Positions 7,400-14,077 of a stretch of DNA of 14,077 nucleotides are shown piece after piece. The position numbers were made by a program, and so were the translations under genes. Position 1 is the stretch's first letter; the number at the start of each line of letters is the position of its first letter. The notes below the pieces were generated by a model that saw nothing but the letters and a program-made list of their open reading frames with translations, had not been told where the DNA came from and did no database searches. This DNA is from Massilicoli timonensis (lineage in GTDB: Bacteria; Bacillota_I; Bacilli_A; Erysipelotrichales; Erysipelotrichaceae), in the NCBI RefSeq assembly GCF_900199515.1, contig NZ_LT963434.1, positions 1,428,051-1,442,127 on the forward strand, given 5' to 3'.

Positions 7400-10300
7400 A
7401 TGTCAAAATTAGTTTTGGGATTGGATATCGGTGTTTCATCGGTAGGATATGGAATTATTGATGTGGAGAACAGCAAAATCGTTGATTACGGTGTGCGTTT
7501 GTTTGAGGAAGGGAAAGCCTCAGAAAACGAAACAAGAAGGAAAAAAAGAGGCAGTAGACGATTAAATAGAAGGCGCAAGACCAGAAGAGATGATTTGGAG
7601 AAATTATTAAAACAATCAAATGTGATTGATGATCACTTCCAATATGTTGGAAATCCTTATGATTTGCGCATAAAAGGGTTGACAGAAAAATTAAATGGGA
7701 ATGAATTGGCAACGGCACTTTTTCATATTTGTAAGCATCGTGGCAGCAGTATTGAAACAGTAGAAGAAAATGAAGCAAAGGCAAAAGAAATGGGAGCGAC
7801 AAAAGAAGTTTTAGCTGAAAATAATCTTTTGTTAAAGCAAGGCCAGTATGTTTGTCAAATACAAAAACAGCGATTAGAGCAAGATGGTAAAATACATGGG
7901 CATCATAATAATTTCAGAACAAGTGACTACATAAAAGAATTAACGGCATTATTAGCACATCAAGATTTAAGTGAAGAAACAAAAGAAGAAATTATTAAAA
8001 TCATCGCTAGGCGACGCAAGTATTATGAGGGTCCGGGAGGTATAAATTCACCTACTCCATATGGTAGATTTACTACCGCAGGACAGACAGAGCCGATTGA
8101 CCTAATTGATAAAATGAGAGGGGACTGTAGTTTGTTTCCGGAAAAACTGCGCGCTCCTAAATTATCTTACAGTGCAGAATTATTTAATTTATTGAATGAC
8201 TTGAATAATTTATCAATTCATGGAGAAAAGATTACATTAGAACAAAAGCAAGACATCTTAAAGTTCGTACATGAAAAAGGAAAAATCACACCGAAACAAT
8301 TAGGAAAGAAATTAGAGATCGATCTAAATGATATTTCCGGATTCAGAATAAATAATAAGGGAGAGCCGCTTTTAAGCGAGTTAACCGGTTATAAGATCAT
8401 CAAAGACATTTTCGTTAAAAATAGACTGCATATGTTAGTTGAGGAGTATTTTCTTTATGATGAAATTGCAGAGATATTAACAAAAGTAAAAGGGATGGCA
8501 GAACGTGCTGAAAAAATAATGGCATTAGATCAGCGAATCAGTGAAACGGCAACACAAGAATTGGCACAGCAGATAAAGTTTACAGCATATCATTCATTGT
8601 CTTTCGAAGCTCTTCGTATAATCAATGAAGAGATGTTGAAAACTGAAATGAATCAGATGGAAGTCATTGCACTATTTAATCTAAAACAAGAAAATCAAAC
8701 TTCTGTTAAAGGAATGAAACATATTGTTGCCGATGATACAGCAATTCTCAGCCCGGTTGCTAAAAGAGCGCAGCGAGAAGCATTTAAGGTAGTTAATCGA
8801 TTGAGAGAAATTTATGGGGAATTTGACAGTATCGTTGTGGAAACAACACGAGCTAAAAATACAGAAGACGAGAAGAAAATAATACGCGAACAGCAGAAAT
8901 ATTTTGAAGAAAGAAATCGAAAGGCGGAAGCGGCGGCAAACGGAGCAAGAGTAAATGATAAATTGAGAGAGAAACTAATTTTATATGAGGAGCAGCAAGG
9001 GAAGAGCGCATATTCATTGGAGCCAATCGATTTAAATCTCTTAATAAGTGACCCTAATGCCTATGAGGTGGATCATATTATCCCGCGTTCTATTTCATTA
9101 GATGATTCGATTACTAATAAAGTGCTTATAACACATAGTGAAAATCGGGATAAAAAAAATTTAACACCGATTATGGCATTCTTAAAAGGTGAATTTAGCA
9201 AAGGATCATTAGAAGAATACAAAAGTAATTGTATTGCGTTAAAGAAGGAGAATGCAAAAACAAATAAAGGCTATCGGAAAAAGGTAGAACAATATCTCTT
9301 ATGTGAAAAGGATATTTATAAATATGATGTACAGAAAGCATTTATCAATCGGAATTTAGTGGATACAAGTTATGCAAGCCGAGTTGTTTTTAATACGCTT
9401 TCTAATTACTTCAAACAAAATGAAATAGGAACAAAAGTATTTACTGTTAAAGGCTCTTTAACTGGAATGCTTAGAAGAAAAATTAAATTGAAAAAAGACA
9501 GAAATTACTATGAGCATCATGCGATAGATGCATTACTTGTCGCTTCTATGCCTAAGATGCGTTTATTGAATACAATTTTCAGCCGTTATAAAATAGAAGA
9601 TATCTATAATGATGAAACAGGTGAAGTATTTTCTACCGGTAATGATAACGATTATAAGGATGACCAGTATTTTGCTTTTATTGCGCATTTGAAAAACATC
9701 AAGGTAAAGAAGTTTTCTTATAAAGTGGATACTAAGGCTAATCGTCAAGTGGCAGATGATACCATTTACAGTACGAGACTAGTGGATGGGGTAGAAAAAA
9801 CTGTGAAAAAATATAAGGATATTTATGATCCAAAATTTACGGCATTAGCAGAAAATATATTAAATGATACGTATAAAGAAAGATACTTAATGGCAGTACA
9901 TGATCCGAACACGTTTGAAGAGATTGTTCAAATTGTGAAGTATTATTTTGAGGCATTGTCAAAAGATCCTAAATACTTTACTTTGAATGGAAAGGAAATA
10001 AAGATAAAGGGAATCAATCCGCTTGCTGCCTATAAAGAAGAACATGGGATGATAAAAAAGTCTTCAAAAAAAGGAAATGGTCCGTTAATTAAACAAATGA
10101 AATATTTTGACCGCGCTTTAGGAAGTCATATTGATATTTCACATAACTATAAAGTCAAAAATAAAAAAGTTGTTTTACAAAAGATTTCACCATATCGAGC
10201 AGATTTCTATTACTCGAAAGAAAAAGGATATAAGTTTGTAACAATCCGTTATTCCGATATAAAATGGATAGAGAAAAAACAGAAATATGTGATTTGTCCA

Positions 10301-10678
10301 TTAAACAATAGAACTTATGAAGACTTATTACAGGCGAAAGGAATCGATGAGACCTTTTCATTTCAGTTTTCTATGCATCATGATGAATTGATCGCTATTA
10401 CAAAAAAACCGGGAAAGCCATTAATTTATTTCGATGAAAAGTGGTACGAAGGTAACTTTAATGAACATGATGGCAGCACTCCTGAGATTTTGAAATTTAC
10501 GGCAACAAATGATGATAAAGCCAATGTAATAGAAGTTAAGCCGCTTCATTGTATCTGCTCTAAACGGTTAAAGCCAACTATTGGTAGAGATATTGTAAAA
10601 CTGGAGAAGTATGCAACTGATCCGGTCGGAAATTTATATAAAATCAAGAATCAGGTATTGAAATTAGAGTTTGACTAG
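7400..10678 (+). CDS. cas9: Cas9, compact type II-A effector (1092 aa)
   Basis: GGAGG sits 7 nt upstream. RuvC-I is LGLDIGVSSVGYG (Asp9, codon 7424-7426). There is an Arg-rich bridge helix (RRKKRGSRRLNRRRKTRR). RuvC-II is SIVVETTR. HNH is YEVDHIIPRS...NKVLITHSENRDKKN (Asp558-His559, His codon 9074-9076). RuvC-III is YEHHAIDALLVA. It is followed by tracrRNA, cas1, cas2 and csn2. Confidence 0.97.
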   Translation: MSKLVLGLDIGVSSVGYGIIDVENSKIVDYGVRLFEEGKASENETRRKKRGSRRLNRRRKTRRDDLEKLLKQSNVIDDHFQYVGNPYDLRIKGLTEKLNGNELATALFHICKHRGSSIETVEENEAKAKEMGATKEVLAENNLLLKQGQYVCQIQKQRLEQDGKIHGHHNNFRTSDYIKELTALLAHQDLSEETKEEIIKIIARRRKYYEGPGGINSPTPYGRFTTAGQTEPIDLIDKMRGDCSLFPEKLRAPKLSYSAELFNLLNDLNNLSIHGEKITLEQKQDILKFVHEKGKITPKQLGKKLEIDLNDISGFRINNKGEPLLSELTGYKIIKDIFVKNRLHMLVEEYFLYDEIAEILTKVKGMAERAEKIMALDQRISETATQELAQQIKFTAYHSLSFEALRIINEEMLKTEMNQMEVIALFNLKQENQTSVKGMKHIVADDTAILSPVAKRAQREAFKVVNRLREIYGEFDSIVVETTRAKNTEDEKKIIREQQKYFEERNRKAEAAANGARVNDKLREKLILYEEQQGKSAYSLEPIDLNLLISDPNAYEVDHIIPRSISLDDSITNKVLITHSENRDKKNLTPIMAFLKGEFSKGSLEEYKSNCIALKKENAKTNKGYRKKVEQYLLCEKDIYKYDVQKAFINRNLVDTSYASRVVFNTLSNYFKQNEIGTKVFTVKGSLTGMLRRKIKLKKDRNYYEHHAIDALLVASMPKMRLLNTIFSRYKIEDIYNDETGEVFSTGNDNDYKDDQYFAFIAHLKNIKVKKFSYKVDTKANRQVADDTIYSTRLVDGVEKTVKKYKDIYDPKFTALAENILNDTYKERYLMAVHDPNTFEEIVQIVKYYFEALSKDPKYFTLNGKEIKIKGINPLAAYKEEHGMIKKSSKKGNGPLIKQMKYFDRALGSHIDISHNYKVKNKKVVLQKISPYRADFYYSKEKGYKFVTIRYSDIKWIEKKQKYVICPLNNRTYEDLLQAKGIDETFSFQFSMHHDELIAITKKPGKPLIYFDEKWYEGNFNEHDGSTPEILKFTATNDDKANVIEVKPLHCICSKRLKPTIGRDIVKLEKYATDPVGNLYKIKNQVLKLEFD

Positions 10679-10686
10679 GTTATAAT
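10658..10686 (+). promoter_or_regulatory. Sigma-70/SigA-type promoter for the tracrRNA
   Basis: TTGAAA (10658-10663, inside the last cas9 codons), a 17-nt spacer, then TATAAT (10681-10686, 2 nt after the cas9 stop). The predicted start is near 10693, a few nt before the anti-repeat. Confidence 0.55.
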
Positions 10687-10692
10687 GTAAAT

Positions 10693-10785
10693 GATCATAG
10701 TCTAGCAAAAATCTATATGATCTAACAAAATAAGGGTTTATCCCGGAATCAAGGTTCGAGATTTTATGCTCGAGCCTTTTTCTTT
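10693..10785 (+). ncRNA. tracrRNA: tracrRNA
   Basis: Anti-repeat at 10700-10731 (GTCTAGCAAAAATCTATATGATCTAACAAAAT) is complementary to the CRISPR repeat. There are 14 contiguous Watson-Crick pairs with repeat nt 17-30. These are followed by a G:U, 5 more pairs, a 3-nt tracr (ATC) versus 1-nt repeat (G) internal loop, 8 more pairs and a terminal G:U. Next come AAGG, a nexus-like GGGTTTATCCC hairpin (10734-10744) and a terminal hairpin plus U-tract. Both ends are inferred, not mapped. Confidence 0.8.
10753..10785 (+). terminator. Rho-independent terminator of the tracrRNA, located inside the cas gene string
   Basis: GGTTCGAG (10753-10760) and CTCGAGCC (10769-10776) form an 8-bp stem with one G:U and an 8-nt loop. 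TTTTTCTTT follows at 10777-10785. Confidence 0.7.
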
Positions 10786-10806
10786 ACAAAAATCGGAGCA
10801 ATTAGA

Positions 10807-11709
10807 ATGGGGTTTCGAGTATTGTTTGTTGAAAACCAGCAGCATTTGCAATTATATTTAGATAATTTGAAAGTAGATACTGCGCAGGGAACGGTTTTAT
10901 TTCCGATTAGCGATATTCAGATCCTAATTATTGATCAGTATAAATCTACATTAACAGTACCATTACTAAATAAATTAACGGAGAATCATGTTTGTATTGT
11001 GATTTGTGGAATAGATCATCTGCCGAAGAGTTACGTGCTTCCAATCAATGGTCATTTCGCACAGAGTGGAAATATCATGAAACAAATACAATGGAATGAC
11101 TGTATAAAACAACAGTTACATCAGTACATTGTAAAAGCAAAAATACAGAATCAACTAGAAATATTAAAAACAAATCATTGCAATCAAGCAGTAATTGAAA
11201 AATTAACTGAGTTTAGAAAAACAGTAGAATTGGGAGATCAAACCAACAGAGAGGGGTTATCCGCAAAAATGTATTTCAGAGAAATGTTTGGTGATGAATT
11301 CATACGTTTTGACGACGATGTAATAAATGCCGGTTTGAATTATGGGTATAGTATCTTTCGCTCGTTAATTTCATCAATTATTGTAGGGAAAGGATATTTG
11401 CCGAATTTGGGAATATTTCATAAAGGCAAAACAAATATGTTCAATTTTAGTGATGATATAATAGAAGTCTTTAGACCAATCGTGGATCAATATGTTTATA
11501 TGAACATGAAAGAAGAACTTTTGTTTAAGTCGAAACATCGAGAAGAGTTGATACAATTAGCTACTATGAAAATTGAAATGGACGGTAGACTTCAAACAGT
11601 ATCCAATGCAATAGGAGAATATATTGAGTGCATTCTTAAGGTAATCGAATTAAATGATATTTCGTATTTTAAGTTTCCATTACCGTTTGTGCATAAATAT
11701 GATCTATAA
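10807..11709 (+). CDS. cas1: Cas1 integrase (type II-A)
   Basis: 300-aa ORF with GGAG 8 nt upstream. NREGLSAKMYFREMFGDEFIR...INAGLNYGYSIFRS...GIFHKGKTNMFNFSDDIIEVFRPIVD is closely parallel to S. pyogenes Cas1 (NREGHSARIYFNTLFG...INAALDYGYTLL...[26 protein letters not shown]). Confidence 0.95.
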   Translation: MGFRVLFVENQQHLQLYLDNLKVDTAQGTVLFPISDIQILIIDQYKSTLTVPLLNKLTENHVCIVICGIDHLPKSYVLPINGHFAQSGNIMKQIQWNDCIKQQLHQYIVKAKIQNQLEILKTNHCNQAVIEKLTEFRKTVELGDQTNREGLSAKMYFREMFGDEFIRFDDDVINAGLNYGYSIFRSLISSIIVGKGYLPNLGIFHKGKTNMFNFSDDIIEVFRPIVDQYVYMNMKEELLFKSKHREELIQLATMKIEMDGRLQTVSNAIGEYIECILKVIELNDISYFKFPLPFVHKYDL

Positions 11710-12022
11710 CTTTATGAGATTGTTGTTATTTTTCGATTTACCAATGCACAATAAAAAAGAAATTAAAATATATACTCAATTTAGAAAGTATTTAATTCAA
11801 AATGGGTATTTGATGGTACAGTATTCTGTCTATTGCAAGTTATTCGCAAATCGAGAAGCTGCTGTAAAGCATGTTCAAATATTAAAAAGGAATATACCTG
11901 CTAAAGGAATAGTACATGTTATGCTTGTTACAGAAAAGCAATATGCAAGAATGGAAATTCTAATTGGTGGAAAATCAGTACAAGAAAAATTAGCAGGCAG
12001 TAAGGCTTTTGTAAAATTATGA
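11699..12022 (+). CDS. cas2: Cas2
   Basis: The track ORF opens at 11654. MIYNFMRLLLFFDLP... from the ATG at 11699 matches the canonical II-A Cas2 N-terminus (MSYRYMRMILMFDMP in S. pyogenes). This start gives 107 aa and an 11-nt overlap with cas1. VYCKLF... and VTEKQYARM are also conserved. Confidence 0.9.
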   Translation: MIYNFMRLLLFFDLPMHNKKEIKIYTQFRKYLIQNGYLMVQYSVYCKLFANREAAVKHVQILKRNIPAKGIVHVMLVTEKQYARMEILIGGKSVQEKLAGSKAFVKL

Positions 12023-12882
12023 ATAGTGTAAAATTAGTAAAAGGGAATAAGCAGTATAAGTTTGCAATAGATCAATGTAAACTTATAATGGGAAATGATT
12101 ATATAAGTAAGTTTTCATTTTTACAAATGCTTTATCAGCATGCGATGAATTTAACGATATCTGAATATGAAGAGGAAAGACAAGAAGAGATACAAATGTA
12201 TGTGGATGAATCTATAGTAGATCGGCGCAAAGTTCGTTATTTCAAGATTGGCGACACATTTGAATTTCAAGAGGATTTCAAATTAACGACAAAATCACTG
12301 TTATTACAATATAGTGAGTGTTTGTTAAATCAGTCCCTACATAATGAAACAATTTCTACGATTCGCTATTTATTTCAATCATTGAGTGATTCTCTTAATA
12401 TACAAGCAGAAATGTTCCATTTTAGATTTCATGAGATCGATGCTAAGCAGTTATCAAAATTGCTTAATGTAAGTATTGTTCAAGATGAATTAGAGAGCAA
12501 TGTAATGAATCTATCATATGAGAATTACTATACTCTTCAATTGGCAGTGCTTTATGCGATTGAGCAAGAAAAGGTATTTCAGACAGAAGTGTATTGTATC
12601 GTAAAAATGGATGTTTTAACACCAAAGATATATCATCAATTAAAAAAGTTCAAACAGATTAAGTTCATAGTTATCTTGAACCGACATGAATGTAAGATAG
12701 ATGTAAAAGACATTTATTATTTCAGTTATGGAAACATACTTGATTTTGCAAATGAAAACCAAATATATGATTTGTTTTCTTATAAGTTGTTTAGAATGGA
12801 GGATATTATGAATCGAATAGATCAATATTTTAATGATGGTAGTGGAACTGGAAACAATATTGTAGATTTAATAATGAAGTAA
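12019..12882 (+). CDS. csn2: Csn2-like adaptation protein (type II-A signature position)
   Basis: 287-aa ORF with an ATGA start/stop overlap with cas2. It is the fourth gene between cas2 and the leader. It is acidic and helical, with a C-terminal KQIKFIVILNRHE strand-like segment reminiscent of the Csn2 KKKLLIFINS region. The call rests mainly on position and size, because similarity to the Csn2 sequences I recall is weak. Confidence 0.7.
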   Translation: MNSVKLVKGNKQYKFAIDQCKLIMGNDYISKFSFLQMLYQHAMNLTISEYEEERQEEIQMYVDESIVDRRKVRYFKIGDTFEFQEDFKLTTKSLLLQYSECLLNQSLHNETISTIRYLFQSLSDSLNIQAEMFHFRFHEIDAKQLSKLLNVSIVQDELESNVMNLSYENYYTLQLAVLYAIEQEKVFQTEVYCIVKMDVLTPKIYHQLKKFKQIKFIVILNRHECKIDVKDIYYFSYGNILDFANENQIYDLFSYKLFRMEDIMNRIDQYFNDGSGTGNNIVDLIMK

Positions 12883-12922
12883 TATACCCTTTTTTCAAAA
12901 TATGTGATAAAATAATTTTGAG
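12883..12922 (+). promoter_or_regulatory. CRISPR leader (40 bp) with candidate extended -10 promoter and TTTGAG leader-end motif
   Basis: AT-rich sequence between the csn2 stop and repeat 1. TGaTAAAAT (12905-12913) fits an extended -10 element, with no good -35. This would start pre-crRNA about 12919-12921. The leader ends ...ATTTTGAG directly on repeat 1. Confidence 0.45.
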
Positions 12923-14077
12923 GTTTTGTTACCATATGGATTTTTGCTAGACTTAGACGCGTCTCCATAACGATTGAGATCTTTTTCAGTTTTGTTACCA
13001 TATGGATTTTTGCTAGACTTAGACTAAGCGAATATGCTAAACTTGCGCAACAAGTTTTGTTACCATATGGATTTTTGCTAGACTTAGACATAATTTCTTC
13101 CATTTTTTTGCTCCTTTCTGTTTTGTTACCATATGGATTTTTGCTAGACTTAGACATCGGCTTTCCCTTCCCAGTCCAATACGCAGTTTTGTTACCATAT
13201 GGATTTTTGCTAGACTTAGACCTTGAAAAACTATGCTCTTAATATGTTTGAGTTTTGTTACCATATGGATTTTTGCTAGACTTAGACATGCTAAACGCAA
13301 CTGATTGATTGTAGCTAGTTTTGTTACCATATGGATTTTTGCTAGACTTAGACACATCAGGAATATAGACGGTATAGGTGTTAGTTTTGTTACCATATGG
13401 ATTTTTGCTAGACTTAGACATAATTTCTTCCATTTTTTTGCTCCTTTCTGTTTTGTTACCATATGGATTTTTGCTAGACTTAGACATCGGCTTTCCCTTC
13501 CCAGTCCAATACGCAGTTTTGTTACCATATGGATTTTTGCTAGACTTAGATTTTGAAAAACTATGCTCTTAATATGTTTGAGTTTTGTTACCATATGGAT
13601 TTTTGCTAGACTTAGACATGCTAAACGCAACTGATTGATTGTAGCTAGTTTTGTTACCATATGGATTTTTGCTAGACTTAGACACATCAGGAATATAGAC
13701 GGTATAGGTGTTAGTTTTGTTACCATATGGATTTTTGCTAGACTTAGACATAATTTCTTCCATTTTTTTGCTCCTTTCTGTTTTGTTACCATATGGATTT
13801 TTGCTAGACTTAGACATCGGCTTTCCCTTCCCAGTCCAATACGCAGTTTTGTTACCATATGGATTTTTGCTAGACTTAGATGTAAGTTTTTAATATCATT
13901 TAATTTCTGCCAGTTTTGTTACCATATGGATTTTTGCTAGACTTAGACTTGTGTTCTTCAAAAAATCGATCTGATCGGTTTTGTTACCATATGGATTTTT
14001 GCTAGACTTAGATCAGAAGCATTAAAACACATGATGCAAGAGCGTTTTGTTACCATATGGATTTTGCTAGACTTAAA
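12923..14077 (+). CRISPR. Type II-A CRISPR array: 18 repeats of 36 bp (GTTTTGTTACCATATGGATTTTTGCTAGACTTAGAC), 17 spacers of 29-31 bp
   Basis: Repeats start at 12923, 12989, 13054, 13120, 13186, 13252, 13318, 13384, 13450, 13516, 13582, 13648, 13714, 13780, 13846, 13913, 13978 and 14044. Repeats 10, 15 and 17 end in T instead of C. Repeat 18 (14044-14077) has one T deleted and ends TTAAA at the window edge, consistent with a degenerate trailer-end repeat. Orientation follows from the csn2-proximal leader, the 5-prime GTTTT and the tracr anti-repeat polarity. Only 10 distinct spacers are present. Confidence 0.98.
13054..13881 (+). repeat. Tandem segmental duplication inside the array: 330-bp unit (5 repeat-spacer units) x 2.5
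   Basis: 13054-13383 and 13384-13713 are identical apart from CC>TT at 13221-13222 versus 13551-13552. 13714-13881 repeats the first 168 bp of the unit. The spacers at 13090, 13420 and 13750 are identical, as are those at 13156, 13486 and 13816. Spacers 13222/13552 differ by 1 nt. Spacers 13288/13618 and 13354/13684 are identical pairs. Confidence 0.93.

Noticed and set aside
1570-10361. Short ORFs embedded in or antisense to longer genes: 1570-1791, 1632-1841, 2142-2405, 2455-2727, 2563-2775, 2933-3139, 4097-4297, 5211-5408, 5341-5616, 6058-6324, 7455-7802, 9563-9748, 10155-10361 (and similarly 11374-11556, 12640-12825)
   Set aside because: Each lies inside a longer ORF that has strong family motifs. 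None has an RBS or recognisable domain content. They are typical shadow ORFs.
10671-10676. TTGACT hexamer at the end of cas9 as the -35 for the tracrRNA promoter
   Set aside because: It lies only 4 nt from the TATAAT box. TTGAAA at 10658-10663 has the correct 17-nt spacing.
11654-11698. 15-codon N-terminal extension of cas2 in the ORF track
   Set aside because: The canonical Cas2 N-terminus (MIYNFMRLLLFFDLP) begins at the ATG at 11699. The extension would overlap cas1 by 56 nt with no RBS.
12933-12940. Perfect 8-bp palindrome CCATATGG inside every CRISPR repeat
   Set aside because: It is too short to form a stable hairpin because there is no loop. Type II repeats act by pairing with tracrRNA, and this segment does so. 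It is most likely incidental.
12822-13940. Eight track ORFs (61-273 aa) on both strands across the array, with internally repetitive proteins such as ...LSLAKIHMVTK... and ...SKSSKNPYGNKT...
   Set aside because: They are translation artefacts of the 36-bp CRISPR repeat, which has no stop codon in several frames. The periodicity equals the 66-bp repeat-spacer unit.
12959-14043. Possible self-targeting spacers matching elsewhere in this window
   Set aside because: By eye I found no match of any of the 10 unique spacers outside the array. This was not an exhaustive search and needs a computational check against the full genome.

Overview
The window looks like a low-GC Gram-positive (Bacillota-like) chromosomal segment. 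The left ~3.1 kb carries housekeeping-type genes: a PTS EIIC(B)-like permease on the minus strand and a SEDS FtsW/RodA protein on the plus strand. Hand counts of single 60-nt lines put this part at about 45% GC. From ~3.2 kb onward the content is accessory or defence-like. It begins with a DUF1016/YhcG-type PD-(D/E)xK nuclease (-) and a wHTH+WYL regulator (-). The regulator is divergent from a tight three-gene cassette: a standalone HIRAN-domain protein, an extended PemK/MazF-like protein and a 58-aa two-TM peptide absent from the ORF track. That cassette runs, with no terminator I can see, into a complete type II-A CRISPR-Cas locus. The locus has cas9 (1092 aa, catalytic motifs intact), a tracrRNA with its own promoter and terminator between cas9 and cas1, then cas1, cas2, csn2 and a 40-bp leader. 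The array has 18 repeats of 36 bp and runs into the right window edge. Two things deserve most attention. (1) The WYL / HIRAN / MazF-like / TM cassette abuts cas9 and is laid out like a toxin-antitoxin pair, with HIRAN in the antitoxin slot; I do not recognise this as a described system. (2) The array carries a 330-bp five-spacer block in 2.5 tandem copies, so only 10 of 17 spacers are unique. All homology calls come from motif recognition by eye, because no searches could be run.
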